A DNA stretch of 64,000 nt from Neoechinorhynchus agilis (Eukaryota > Animalia > Acanthocephala). Shown in pieces: positions 28,010-40,546 of the stretch. Under the pieces are notes generated by a model. The model had not been told where the DNA came from and did no database searches. It was given only the letters and a program-made list of their open reading frames with translations. Where the stretch lies: positions 6,240,784-6,304,783 of the forward strand of contig CM121341.1 of NCBI GenBank assembly GCA_051530055.1, read 5' to 3'. The position numbers and the translations under genes are program-made. The number at the start of each line of letters is the position of its first letter. The first letter of the stretch is position 1.

Positions 28010-28509
28010 AATCTTCACTCTCCGAATGGACTTGTTTAGTCGCGGCAGAAACTTTAGGTTATCGTGCATTTGATCAATGTCTTGAGCTTTTTGTTGAACT
28101 TTGTGTAAAAGAAATAACGACACTCTCAACAATTTCTTCAAATCACTTCTTCCCCTCAATTTCTCACTCGAACAACATTTTCCATCCTTTTCCTCGCACA
28201 AATCTCTACCTTCGCTCTTTCGTTCAATTGTCCAAATGCGTGAATTGATTCGAAGGGAAGAGCGGAAAACAACAAAATAACAGCTAACCTTTTTGAAGCT
28301 GCATAGATGGAACAATAATAACTCGTTTAAAACTTTGGTGCATGGTTCGGTGGCTTGTATTTTCAGTGAAATAAGACATGTTATTAGTGAAGAAATAGGC
28401 GTAAACGAACGTAATATTTTATTTGTAATTACAGGCAGCAAGATTGTTTTTTTTCGTGACAAATACGTTTCGAAAATGAAGGCGGGTGTTTCCACCGTTA
28501 TCGATTGTA

Positions 28510-30038
28510 TCAAAGATGAGTAGAGTGGCGATGGGTGTTAGGATCTTCGTACGGCCGATCGCCAAACTCCGTTGGGTTATGTTTGTTTGAATACGCCTCT
28601 CCGGACTGTTCCATTGCTTCATAGTGACCGTCGTCGTTCATGTCGACTGCCGAAACCGCTTCGTTTTTAGGTCCAGTGCACGCTTGCTGGTGGCTTTGAG
28701 AATAATGTCCTAAAGTTGAAGCTATGGCTGACGTTGCTGCAGTCAGATTGCGAAGTCCTTCGATCATCGCTGGATTCTGAATGAGAGTTGTTACAAGATT
28801 TAGAAACTGAGCGTGGTGATTGGTGGCCGAGGAGAACACCGAGGAAAACTGGTCGACTGCAGTCGGCGATGAAGGAGCGGCACCTAGAACTGAGGTCGTT
28901 GTCAAATCGCTCATTTGGTCCACAAAAAACCCATTGTTCAGTCGCGAATGTGAATCGTAAGCATTCGCCAAAGAGTGTCGACGACTTCCTCGTCTGCTCG
29001 CCAATGAGATTGGAATTCCCGTTGACGGAGAGTGACTGACGCCCTCTCCTTTTCTTACCAATCCGGCCATTACATCTCTGTTCGAGTAATCGCTTAGATT
29101 GTTGTACATATCGTGCCTTTGGACTAATGGTGATCGAACAACTCCTCCACGGGTAATACCTGCACGTCCGCGTGGTCTGCCCGGTCTTCGTTTGACGGGT
29201 ATCATAGATGAATCCACGGTTGCATTATCGGACGTAACAGGTCTCTTTATCTTCTGAGTTGACATAAAGGATACGCGAACCTCCTCCGGTGTCATTTGAA
29301 GCAATCGACTGTAGGAAGTTGTTGACTTTGGTGGTCTGCCAGGACCCCGTTTTACCGATCGTTTTCCTTCGATACTAATTTCAATATTGTCAATTAGGTC
29401 GTTCATAAGCTTAGTCACACAGCTACTGATTGATTTTTCTTTATTTTTGGCAGGCCGTCCTCGCTTACTTTTTGTTCGAATGTGCGACGTCTGATATATC
29501 AATTCATTGGAGCAACCGAGCAGATCCATCATTGCATGGTTCATGGCCGACACAGACGAATTCGCTTGAAATCCGGAGTTATGCGTAGTGCCACTTGTAG
29601 CGCCCGTGAATAATTGTCGTGCCGGATGAGATGGGCTGCACGATGGAACTCTGGTCAACTTTGAGGACGGAGTCATGTATCCGGGTGAGGTTGTGTTATG
29701 AGCTCTACAATTAATAATCTTCGTGGGTCTTGATTTACGCCTTGAAGAGGGCGCATCTCTTTCAACGACTGAAGGCGTTGCATCGCCGCTCATTAGACTA
29801 ACGTTTTAGATATTCATCTTTATGGTGTTAAATAAGAAAAGACGTTACCTTTGAGCACGAAGTTCATATGTGCCATCAACTGTCACCACGGTCGCAGGCA
29901 TATATTCCAACAAGTTACAATGCCTCTTCTTCGCTTCACCATCGTCGTCCTCCTCCTCTTCCTCCTCCTCCTCTTCCTCAAGCGCCACTAAGGATTGGTC
30001 GTTTTCGCCGAGGTGGTGGTCGTTGCGCTCGCTGGACA
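28510..30038 (-). CDS. Low-complexity nuclear protein with three AT-hooks and a poly-Glu tract; intron 29798-29848
   Basis: Motifs KRGRPAK, KRGPGRPPK and KRRPGRPRGR; acidic EEEEEEEEEEDDD. The splice joins in frame. A further upstream exon near 30500-30780 is possible. Confidence 0.7.
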
Positions 30039-32415
30039 TCTGAACGAGAAAAAGGACAAAGTTTGCGAGATCGAATTCCAGTAGATGGAAAACTGGAAAA
30101 AATCTCCAGTTCACTGGAGTTCTCTCCAATTCAGCGATTTCCATATGGCAAATTTTTCTAAGAAATTAAACACAAACTGAATGAACTGTGCTTTTATACA
30201 CCCACACGGCATCCCGAGTTGAATTTTGCGCAGGAAAAAGTTACGTTTTTGAGGAATTCGTTTCCGAGTCCTCCGGAAAGGTATCCCGATTTCTGGTCTA
30301 TCTTTTTTCGGTGTAAAACATGGAATTTTCCAAAAATAACCACGGGAGAGCGAGTGCCTGAAGAGACAGAAGTTGCGGTTGTGGTGTGGAAAGAGTAAAA
30401 CAGAGTGTCGTTTCGAGCGAAAAAAAATGAGAATTAGAGTTTATGGTAGAAGAAACTCTCTGTGTTGTGCGTAGGGGAGTCACACACACACACACACATA
30501 CGCAGGGTGGCACAAACGCGATCGTTTCTCTTATTTAAAAAAGACTGATAGGCGGGGTAGAGAAAGGGAGAAAACGTTGAAGCCGTTTGTTGAAAAGATT
30601 TTTCACAGTGTACATTTGTAGCAGTCTCATGTGACGGAGAAGACGAATTTTGGGCGATTGGAAAATTAGATATAGGCAAGCGAGAGGAGGAGGAGGAAGC
30701 AGTGGACGTAAGCCCGGGACACTCGAGAGACATTAGGCGCCGACGCACTTGAATTCGTGTGCGTCTAGTCATCATCATCGATTGGCGGCTCAGATTATGG
30801 GTGGTGCGTTTGATTGGAAATCGAGGTAGCGACAGTGCTTTTAAATTCCTTTTCGAAACAGAAAGCACCTTTCGCACGTTCTTTGCTAAAAAAATAGGAG
30901 TAACAGCGAGAAAACTTGTCTCAGTTCAAAGACGCCATTGCTCTAGTTGATTTGCGAGTAAAAATACACTGTTGCAAAAGGGAGAACGAACGGGAATTGT
31001 AAATGTCGCTCGGGTGTGCACCAAGAGCTTTTTTTGCTTAAAACATCAAATATAGAGTCGATTTTTGTGTGTGACTCTTGAAAGTCCCACTACTGCACGA
31101 GAATTCAAAAGGGAGAGCGCGATGCTTTTAAGAACTCTCGCTCTGTATACTCTAATTCTTATTTAGATATTCAACGCGCAAACGAACGAATTTAACCACG
31201 AACGCAAACTCGCAACGAAAAGCATATCAGACAATCTTAGTTGGGTTATTGTTTTTGAACAAGGCACTCAAATCTTATTTCCCTTGATTTTTTAGAAGAA
31301 AAGGATTCTACAATAATAAAGCACCGAACGTGCAATCACCACCGTCCGCTCCTTCCTCGGCTACCCACCAAAATCGACCATTTCTGTGTCAAACACGTTT
31401 CTTGTCAAATTTAACTTGGAAGATCAGCAAAATCCTTAATTTGCAAGTTGAAGAGCATGGAATAGGATCAGGTGATTCAAAAGAGGTGACAAAAATGCGG
31501 AAAATGGGACACAATGGATTTAATGGGTCTAAACGAAATTTCAAGACATTCTCCACAAAGGTGGAAACTTGGCAAAATGAAAGTGAGAAGTGTAAAAATG
31601 TAGGTGCGACAGTTTGGGCGAATCAGCCAGCTAACAAATACAGAACTTTCTAAAGGAATCGAATGTTGTGAACGACATGTTTGTTTATAACAGGAATTTT
31701 ATTGAATCCGATTGTTTTCACAATTTTATCGAGGTTGGTTTTGCAAAAGTTTGTCGCTTCATCTAGAACCATAAACAAACAGTGACTGTCGATGACTTTC
31801 CACAAGAGTGACCGAGCCATAACCCTTTTTTTCGAGCCAATCTGTTTCCGTACCAAAATTAAGGTTTAATTATCATTTAAAGTTTCTAAAAAATTTAATT
31901 CTTACCAACTTTTATGGATTTTATGTTCATTTAACGGTTCACCTCAAAATGATAGAAAAGATGCAAAATAGCATTTCTTGTAGTAGGAATTTAAAAGAAA
32001 GCGATCATAGACGCATATTTTAAATAATTTTTTACAAGATCTTATTCTGCCAAGCCGAAATCCGCTGGTCAAAGCCTCCTTTTAAAAAAGCCTGAATGTT
32101 CAATTTTGCCCCAATTCTTATAATTTCATCAAATTTCTTTTATAAAATCAAGTACACAAAAATTCAATAAGTTATATTCGCAACAGCATCAATCATGTGT
32201 CCAGTTTCGTTGGACGTTACCCTTATTGCCGTCCATTTTTCCGATTGACTTCAAGATTGATGAAATGTAAATAAAATCACAAAAAGATCCATTAAAACCA
32301 TTCCGGATTATGTGGTTACGGAAACGACTGTTGTTTATTTGAATTTTGGATCGCAAATTAAGAAAGACCCAAACAAGAAACCTTAATGGAAAAATAAACT
32401 TTTTTAAAAACCTCG

Positions 32416-32915
32416 TTTCGATATTTCGTCAATTCCGACATTTTCCCATTGATTGTCATCTGAAATCCACAAGATTTTGTGGTTTTATTTTGTTAGTGAG
32501 CTAGAAACCTACTGTTTTCTGAGTGATAATTTTTCAGTTGATGTTTTATTTCCGTAGAATGGTTGAACGGAACAACCACCAATTTCGCCATTATGAGACG
32601 AATTCTTAAATGTGGTTGTATCGTCAAAATCTATATCGGTGTAATAAATTAGATGTATTTTAAGCTCCTCCCGCACCGGAAAAACGGTACAAAATAAAGT
32701 ATCTTTTCCCCGTGTTGACGACAGGATAAGATTGCATTTTTGATAATGGTTCATAAGCGGAGAATTGAATGTTAGCGTTTATTTTTGCGTTTCCCAATAA
32801 CCCTCTTCACGTCGTTATATAATTTACCGACCGATCAATTCGTCAAAAATGTACGATTTAAATTTATTCGATATCTACAGCGACTTTGAAAGCGAGATAT
32901 GAATTTTTTTCGCAA
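32416..32915. repeat. Dispersed repeat family, copy 2
   Basis: Shares sequence with 18143-18640 and with 39561-39768. Confidence 0.85.
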
Positions 32916-33673
32916 ATGTTATTGAAAATTGACACTTTTAAAGTGTGTTTTTCTTCTTCTAATTTCCAAAAATACGGTCATTTGATTAGAAAGAGCGAAT
33001 ATTTGACTTTAAGCAAGGATTCTCAAAGTTTGAGAGATCCACGATTCCATTTTTTGTTTAGTATGGATCGTGGCAAAATGAGTCAGATCTTGAGACGTTC
33101 AATCGAACAGTTTACAATGTTAATTTAAAGAAGTGGGTACTGAAGTAAGCGTTCAATGGAGAAACTAACCGAAGCGGCCAATGACGAAGTACAAACTCCG
33201 TTTCTCATTCACTTATATTTTGGAGAAGTTAATGACTGAGACACGATTCGGAAACAAACGATATATTGATTCAATATCACAATCTTTGGCCGATATCTTT
33301 ATATTGATTATGCGATTTGAAAACGAATTTTTATATGTGCTACACGCGGATAAAAAAGTATTCTTAAAACTATCGCATTCTTAACCATTAATGTGAGATA
33401 TTTTCTCACTGAATTCGGATCGTATACAGTTCTTTATAAGTTAATTTTACTTGCTTTTGATTCACATACTCAGTCGACCCATGAAGACAGTTTCACTAGC
33501 GAGGATTTTTGTCCAATTTCTGGCTTTTTTAAATCCAAATGAGTCATTGTTGACAGGGGCCTTTTTGAAAGATTACCTTGAAGGTGTTTTTTTTAATACA
33601 AAGACTATTTATGACATAAAATCGTGAGTATTAAAACCTACACTTAAACTCGCTTGTCGAAAATCTTTTAACA

Positions 33674-33964
33674 ATGCAAGCAACTCAAGGAAAAGGATTG
33701 GATACAAATAAAATTCTCCTTGCGCTGTTGGCTCTTATACTACCGCCGGTTGCTGTTTTTATAGCCGATGGTGGATGCACTGGACAAGTTTGGATCAATG
33801 TACTGCTGATGTTCTTTACTTTTTTGCCAGGATTGATCTTTGGGATCCTTTCTATATATTTAACAATATGGATCCATGCTCACATTTGGATCATTGCACT
33901 GCCGACGCCTGTTTTGGCTTTACTAACACTGATCCATGCTCTCTATATCATTTTCCGCAATTGA
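33674..33964 (+). CDS. PMP3/UPF0057 (RCI2/YqaE-like) proteolipid, extended to 96 aa
   Basis: Signature ILLALLALILPPVAVF...VWINVLL..F..LPGLI and terminal LIHALYII. Confidence 0.8.
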   Translation: MQATQGKGLDTNKILLALLALILPPVAVFIADGGCTGQVWINVLLMFFTFLPGLIFGILSIYLTIWIHAHIWIIALPTPVLALLTLIHALYIIFRN

Positions 33965-34755
33965 ATAAATTGCCATTTGTGACCGAGAAAGGGGTTTTTA
34001 CGGTGCTAAGACTTATAAATCATACGACAAACGGCGACACTAAAATAAATTTCTAATGATAACATGCCGTTTAGTTATAGAAAATCCATAAAATGGATAT
34101 AAACAATTGTACTCAAAACTTCCAATGATACTGGAGAAATCGATGCCCAATGAAAAAAACCGCTGATAAAAGCTAATCAAATTTATCTTTTTTGTTGGAT
34201 TCTGCGATCAGCGACGAGATATTGTATCAGTCATCATTGACATTGCAAGCAGGTTCAGTAGTTTTCCTAATATTGCTAAACCTTCGTAACTCATTGGAGT
34301 TTTCCGATAACGTTTCAAAAATCAAAAAATGGTATCAGATATCTACGATTTTTGGTACTTTAATTGTTTACTTTTGAAATAGATTTCACACTCTGCAATC
34401 AGCTTGGTATTACCAACTCTTAAAGGCTTATTGAACTCGAACGCCGATTGAAAGTATCGAATGTAACATCTTCTTCTCTTGCTTTAAAAACTAATTTTAA
34501 AAGACTGATGTTAATTATTTTGAATTGAGACTATGAACAAAAAGGAAGGTATATTAGTAATTTAACTTGTTTAAACTATAAAAGGAACAAAATTTTAAGT
34601 GATGAAATATGTTATTATTTTGTGGTCGGTCATTTATATCCCGAGAAAGATCGTTAAAGTCGAATATTTCGACTTATTTTATGAATCATTTCATCAGTCA
34701 AAATTGTTTGTAGGCTTTTATGACCAATTTTTTTTCAGCGGCACAAAACGTGCAA

Positions 34756-36700
34756 TCACCACAGTCCGCAAAATCTTAGCTTCTCTCCTTCTTCGGCTGT
34801 CGCTATCACGTTAGCAGCATTGCCTCGTTGTACTGCAAGCGAGATATTTTGTCGAAGGAATACACCTGCTCGTGCGTCGCCGGTCGTTTCTCTCAATTTC
34901 TTCGAGAGATCCTGGAGCAGAGTGCCGAGCTGCCAAGCGCTCCATACGTCTCTACTCTGAAGGGGACAAAATACTTTGCTAAATCCCTATATTTTCGTAC
35001 CTTCCTCCCTTCCGCTGCACCTCCAGTGATTTCGAGAGAGTACGGAATGTTGCTTACTGCGAGGGACGTGGCGTCCCAGATAATGCATTTGCCCTCCCGC
35101 CACGGAAAGACCGAAATTCCATCGGGCCTACGGCCGTCTAGTCGACAAAGGTGGGCGGGTTCCAGGATGTTCGGGAAGTTCGCCGTTCTCAATGCCCGAG
35201 AAATTACGCTGTTGATTTCAGAATGGCGTGAGAACCTTCCTCTTGACTTTCAGCAAACGAGTCCTTGTCGCCCGAAAGCATCAACCAAAGACCCACATCG
35301 ACAGCGATGGGGCGTGGATATCGGGAGACCAAGTTTTAAGGACACTGCGATCCTCGTTACCTCATCCGTGAGAAGAGTTCCCATAGATGCCGGAGGAACA
35401 GCATCCAACCACGTCCCCGATTCTCGTGTCGAAACTGCCAACAGTCTAGCTTGGGCGACCCCACCGCGAGAACCTGAAAGTAGAGAGCTGTGAGCTCTCA
35501 CGACGAGAAGTCTGTCCCAGATCGACTGTCTGAGGCCATTCACGGGAACATGGTTAGTGCCTGTACGCTGGCACCATTCTTCAACTACCACCACGAAATC
35601 CCGGTCAAGACAGAACGTTTCCTTCAAAATTATCTTCGCTATTAGTTGACTCCCCTCATACGATCCAAGAAAGGCTGGCAAGGTCTCCTAGCTCTCGAAT
35701 GCCCAATCCCACAGATGACACAGGCAATGAAGCTTGCCGCCACGCCTCATCTGAGAGCTGGGCATTTAAAATACGCTCGGGAGAAGCCCTCACGTTGTCG
35801 TCGAGCTTAGCCAATCCTTCCTTATGTTTGAAGACAATTTCGGGATAAAGAGTGCTTTCTTTATCAGAAATAACGCTTCATGAGCCAAGAGAGTGCTCAT
35901 CCTATCGCACAGCAACAATAGCTTCGGAATGATACGGCCGATTTCAGCTTCCACATTTGAATCAAAGACGCAACTGCCCACGAGGCTGAGTTGCTCTGGA
36001 GTCACGAGTTTCAGACCTGGAGCTACGGCCTCGAACCAATACATTAGCTCCTTGACTTTGGCGGCGTCTTCGATATTCAATACTAGGAGTTCACACTTTC
36101 CAGCATTGAGCTCAATGCCCATCTTTGAGGTCTCCCTAATCAGCGTCTCCAAATCGCGCAGTACAACGGAGGGATTACCTCCGAGCGTAGCGTCATCCAA
36201 GTACCAAGCGTTGAAGCTGGAATAGAGAGAATGCGCTAATGGATTTACTGTTAGGGAAAATGCGATTGGACCGAGAAGATCTCCTTGCTGCACTCCTCTT
36301 TCGGACCAAATGAAGTGGTCTTCGAAAAACAAAGGAGTCGCGGTCCCGTAGGCATTATCCCTAATTGCGCAGAACAAGCTTTCTCTATTGAGAGAGTTAA
36401 AGGCATTTTGAAAATCACACTTAAGAATCACGCACGGCTCTGAACTCATCGTAGTAAAGTTTCGGAGCGCGTGGACAATAGCTTCCGCCCCGCAGGATGT
36501 GCAGCAGTCCAGTTGGACTGGGCGAAGTTGCTGCCCGGTTTTCTCTGTGAATACGTTTGCAGAGAATTTTTTCTGCAAGTCGGCGTATCGTCGAAGATAC
36601 GGCGATGGGACGAATCCCACCTTCTTTTTTGTGAATGCACATAATGATGCTCCGAAAAATAGGTCTGTTGCAACGGGATTCAGGTCCTCTACAGTCAGCG
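34756..36700 (-). mobile_element. Decayed RLE-type non-LTR retrotransposon (CRE-like); RT, CCHC knuckle and PD-D endonuclease; frameshifted
   Basis: FFGASLCA..KKEGGIRPIAV, CDFQNAFNSL, GVQQGDLLGP, WYLDD; C-terminal LGLPISTPHRCRCG..VDAFGRQGLVC, LDGRRPDG, KYRDL..FVPFRVET, LRQNISLAVQRGNAA. Confidence 0.88.
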
Positions 36701-36709
36701 ACCTGTTAT

Positions 36710-36830
36710 AGACTCCGAAATCAACTGCCACATTCATTAAAAAATCAGAACTCGGGTGTTCATGAGGACTCAAAGGTGCATGGGTTCTATTCTTTTGGCT
36801 TCAATAATAGGTGTTGTTATTATAAAATTT
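36710..36830 (+). mobile_element. 3' end fragment of an APE-type LINE family
   Basis: About 70% similar by eye to 49165-49290 and 52770-52860 (ACTCC.AAATCA...GAACTC...ATGAGGAC...TTATTATAAAA). Confidence 0.6.
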
Positions 36831-36949
36831 TTGATGGGAACGGCGGAATAACTTTATCTTCCCCATTGCATCTAATATAAAACATTCCATTTTTGGATCG
36901 TGCAGCTGATTCTTTTATAAAAATAACCTTATTTAAGCTCGTTTTCGAA

Positions 36950-37250
36950 TCGGTTTCAGAAGACAAATGCTTAATCTGGAAAGCCGCGTTCGTGGACACG
37001 ATCACAGCGAACCGGGGAATCAACAACCGCGGCTGAAGATCGCGAAATGAAAAAATACAGGGACCTGGATCGAAATCATTATTTCGTTCCCGTTGGCGTC
37101 GAGAAACTCGGGTTGTTCGGTACCGCGACACAGGACCTTGTCAAACAATTGAGGAAAAGACTGAGACGAATCACTGTTTATTCACCAAGGGGGAAAGGAC
37201 TGCATCCGTCCTTTCGAAAATTAAGAACGATCTTACAAAATCGGGTATAA
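36950..37250 (+). mobile_element. Second fragment of a CRE-like element (RLE region), opposite orientation
   Basis: KCLIWKAAFVDT and KKYRDLDRNHYFVPVGVEKLG parallel KCIIWDAT and KYRDLAKYFVPFRVETYG of the adjacent element. Confidence 0.7.
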
Positions 37251-37599
37251 AATTTAGGGGAGTTCGATTCCGATTAAGAAATGAAATGTATCGCATTGTT
37301 TACCGTTTCAGGTTGATGGGTCGACTTTTGTGATTGTAGGCGCCATTGTTTTATTTTATGTCCGTTGTCCTGCAAAATGAGTCCCATGTTGCTTGGTCGA
37401 TGCATGGCATGAAAAACAAGCAATAAAATAAAAAAAGTTTACATAACAAAAGATTAGTTAACTAGCCGGCACACTTTTGAGGATCACTAAGGTATCGGTT
37501 CCCATCTAAATACCCTTTACCAACAATTTTAGTGGTCCAATAACAAAAAATTAAGGAACACACACACACCGTAGCGCGTCGGAAACAAAAAAATTAAAT

Positions 37600-39560
37600 A
37601 ACGAAAACAATAATGAAGTTCAATCTCATACACTTCAACAAATTGCTAGCTTCCCAATGCCCGGAATATTATGGCTTGGTCTGCTCGCCGCATTTTCTTC
37701 AATATTTCGCAAATCTGGCTCTGTTGACAAGCATCGAGCTCTGAAGAGATTGATGCAGGATAAGTCCATATTTTTAGTATGTAAATTTTCCACAGGAAGG
37801 ATCGCATACATCTCCTTGTATCTTCATCAAACCAATATAGGATTTTCCCGCACTTTCGGATGAATAATTTGGCCGAATCATTCTGAGCTCGGGTGAATAG
37901 CCTCTTCCAAAATAACATTGTGACCCTCCCGTTAGCGTTTTCATCACAGGCGATGGTCTGCATCTTTGCTTCCCCAAGGCTCTTATTCGTTAGCATACCA
38001 TCGTCAGCTTTCTAAAGGTTGAGCCAAGTGAAGAGTTTAGCAATACTCGCCTTTTTGATGCCGGGAAGTTTAAGGCTAGTACTCTTGTACAATTCAATAT
38101 TTCAAATTACTCACCCTTCCGTCTTATATCATCAGCTTCTTCAACCTCATCTTAGTCTGGGACGAATTCGTTAGAGGTACTAGGACTGTTTTTCTTCGAT
38201 TGATCGCTAAATTTGCCATGTGGTGCAAGAAAATGAAAACATCGTCCGCTGAACTCAAAAAATGGGCATTTGAAACTTTTTGAAATGCTTCATAATACCA
38301 ATCATTTCGACAACAAACATAGTGGGTGATAACGGAGACCCTTGTGGAACCCCGTACTCTGAAAAAAATTGATTTTTGTCAGGATCAAGTTCCAGAATAT
38401 AGGATTTAGATTCCATAAGGAACTGAATCCGCTTCAATAATTTAGCAGGGAGTTTCAGCTCTTTTAATAAACATCATAAATATAATTATGACTTATCGAG
38501 TCAAGCGCTTTATTGATATCGACCTGCAATAAGGCTTTATTAACACCCCATATCTTTTAAGTTTGAGCAGAGAACCCATCCCATTTCCTGGGACAAACCC
38601 ATGAAAACTTTGTAGGATCAAGCGTCTCTTTGTTATCACCTCCAGTAATTCAGAATTCGTCACCTTCTCCAATAAGGACACAATCGGGTTTTGAATGGAA
38701 ATGAGACGCACATCTCCCGGGGATTCAATTTCCCCTTCGTTTTTGGGATGATTGTTTTCCGAAACCTCCTCAAAATTACCCGCTGAATTTTCTCATCTGA
38801 GGTCAAATTTTTTAAAGCTTAATTTCTCCCTTACCATTTCCTGCAGCATATTATTAACTTAATTCAGTTCTGAAACCGCCCTATCCCTTCCTTCTATTCG
38901 TTCAGCTAGAAACTGAATTTGTTTCTTCATGACCTCTGGTTCCTCAGTTATTTTAATATTATCATGAATCCCTTTGTCTCTTGAAACAGGAGAATCTGCT
39001 TCTAATGTAGGCATGTACTCCGGAACAAGACTTCTATTAAACCATGCGTTATTTTCTTCAGGTTTCTTGGGTTTAACGGTCCGCCAGTATTTATCCGCCA
39101 CCGTACAAAATCTTTTGTTGTATCCGTGCATTGATTTTTGGAATGGTTTTTCGGGCAAATAACACACTTCCCTCCCTCCCCCTTTTACATTGAAATCGGG
39201 TATGGTCCCATTCGCAACACTTTGAGCTTTATGTTGGCACAAAATCGTGAATAGATTCAGTCTGATAAGAAACAAACTTCATCCAGTATGCCATAAATCC
39301 AAATTCCGTGCCTCGAACTCTATCAGTCCAATCTTGAGTTCCTGTAACCAGTAAAGCATAAGGCTCTCATGCTCCTGATTTTTGCGTAAATATTTAATAG
39401 GAATAAGGCCAAACACATTTCCAAAGTTCTGAAGGTCTTTTGAAATATCCGCATATTTTTTATTTTAGCAGTTCCTAAAATAGGTTTTTACCTTAGTCAG
39501 AAAGGCTCTTTTAATTTGATATTTTCTATCTCCCCCTCCACTTTCTTAACAACTAGACAA
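37600..39560 (-). pseudogene. Decayed LINE (APE-type) reverse transcriptase
   Basis: Broken frames give HGFVPG, VDINKALDSISH, GVPQGSPLSPTMF and SADD, with multiple stops and frameshifts. Confidence 0.75.
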
Positions 39561-39768
39561 GCTCCTCCCGCACCGGAAAAGCGGTACAAAATAAAGTATC
39601 TTTTCCCCGTGTTGACGACAGGATAAGATTGCATTTTTGATAATGGTTCATAAGCGGAGAATTGAATGTTAGCGTTTATTTTTGCGTTTCCCACTAACCC
39701 TCTTCACGTCGTTATATAATTTACCGACACAGCGACTTTGAAAGCGAGATATGAATTTTTTTCGCAAA
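39561..39768. repeat. Dispersed repeat family, copy 3
   Basis: Near-identical to 32664-32915 apart from a deletion of about 45 bp. Confidence 0.85.
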
Positions 39769-40045
39769 AATAGATCCCTGTAAGATCATTGAGTGAAAAC
39801 TGCCTCATGTTTCAATTTGTACCTGATCAACATCCATGGCTTCAACCCCTCCACGGTCGTCAGGAGGATCTGGAGGTGTTAGATCCTCGAAACGATTGTT
39901 TTCGGACGCAGTTTTCGTTATTACAAAAACGACGCATTCGACTTTTTGATCTTTGTTTAGGCTCCATAAAAACAGCTACTTTACCCCGGAAACAAAGCAG
40001 ATTTCGAAATAACCCAGATCGCACTACTCTTTTTTTATGCGCAAT

Positions 40046-40546
40046 TTAAAACAAATGCCGTATTCGACTGTGTCGATCAAACAAGTTCTGGATGAAATAT
40101 ACTTGAAGGCATCCAACAGTGGTGATAACGCTCATGACGGCGATGGACCAAAGTGCCATTCGATTTGCGTTTCTGCTCAACATGGTCTTGTCCCGACTCT
40201 CCTTGGACCTTCCAAGATGCTGAATTGCCTGGATTCGCTCGAGATTCACATAGACCGTCCTAAAAGCGTTTCGGATAAAATCGGTGACGTTCGTGACCTC
40301 GGAGTCCTCAGCGCCAGTTAGTATTAAAGGCGGATCGACCAACATTGGGTCCGCACTTCGGATAGAAAAGAACACTGCTTTCGACGATGATATTGAAAAC
40401 CGATTATCAAAGCAGAACTTGTAGATACCAACGAGCGTCAGATTCATTTCTCTCGATTGACTGTACTTCTTAACGTCCATGGCAATTATTGCACGACGAG
40501 GATCAAACATTACGAACGTAATGTCCATGTCGCCACCGTCAATCAC
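40046..40546 (-). CDS. p24/TMED (emp24/gp25L) cargo receptor, 3' exon; 5' exon(s) unresolved
   Basis: GOLD-domain GGDMDITF and GIYKFCFDNRFS, coiled coil, TM LWSIAVMSVITTVGCLQVYFIQNLF. Acceptor AG immediately upstream. Confidence 0.85.
   Translation of the reverse strand: MIDGGDMDITFVMFDPRRAIIAMDVKKYSQSREMNLTLVGIYKFCFDNRFSISSSKAVFFSIRSADPMLVDPPLILTGAEDSEVTNVTDFIRNAFRTVYVNLERIQAIQHLGRSKESRDKTMLSRNANRMALWSIAVMSVITTVGCLQVYFIQNLFDRHSRIRHLF

Noticed and set aside
30470-30500. (CA)n microsatellites here and near 5190, 37560 and 56580
   Set aside because: Short ordinary simple repeats with no further structure.
32886-33384. Short ORFs resembling a decayed coding sequence
   Set aside because: They contain multiple stops and no recognisable transposase or other motif.
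34425-34438. GGCTTATT match to the rotifer spliced-leader start, near the CRE-like element
   Set aside because: Only 8 nt match my recollection of the leader, and there is no donor site or Sm-binding site context.
37033-37047. CTGAAGA-TCGC-GAAA hammerhead-like string
   Set aside because: It lies in the coding remnant of the CRE-like fragment and has no stem I or helix III. It shows that the bare motif occurs by chance.
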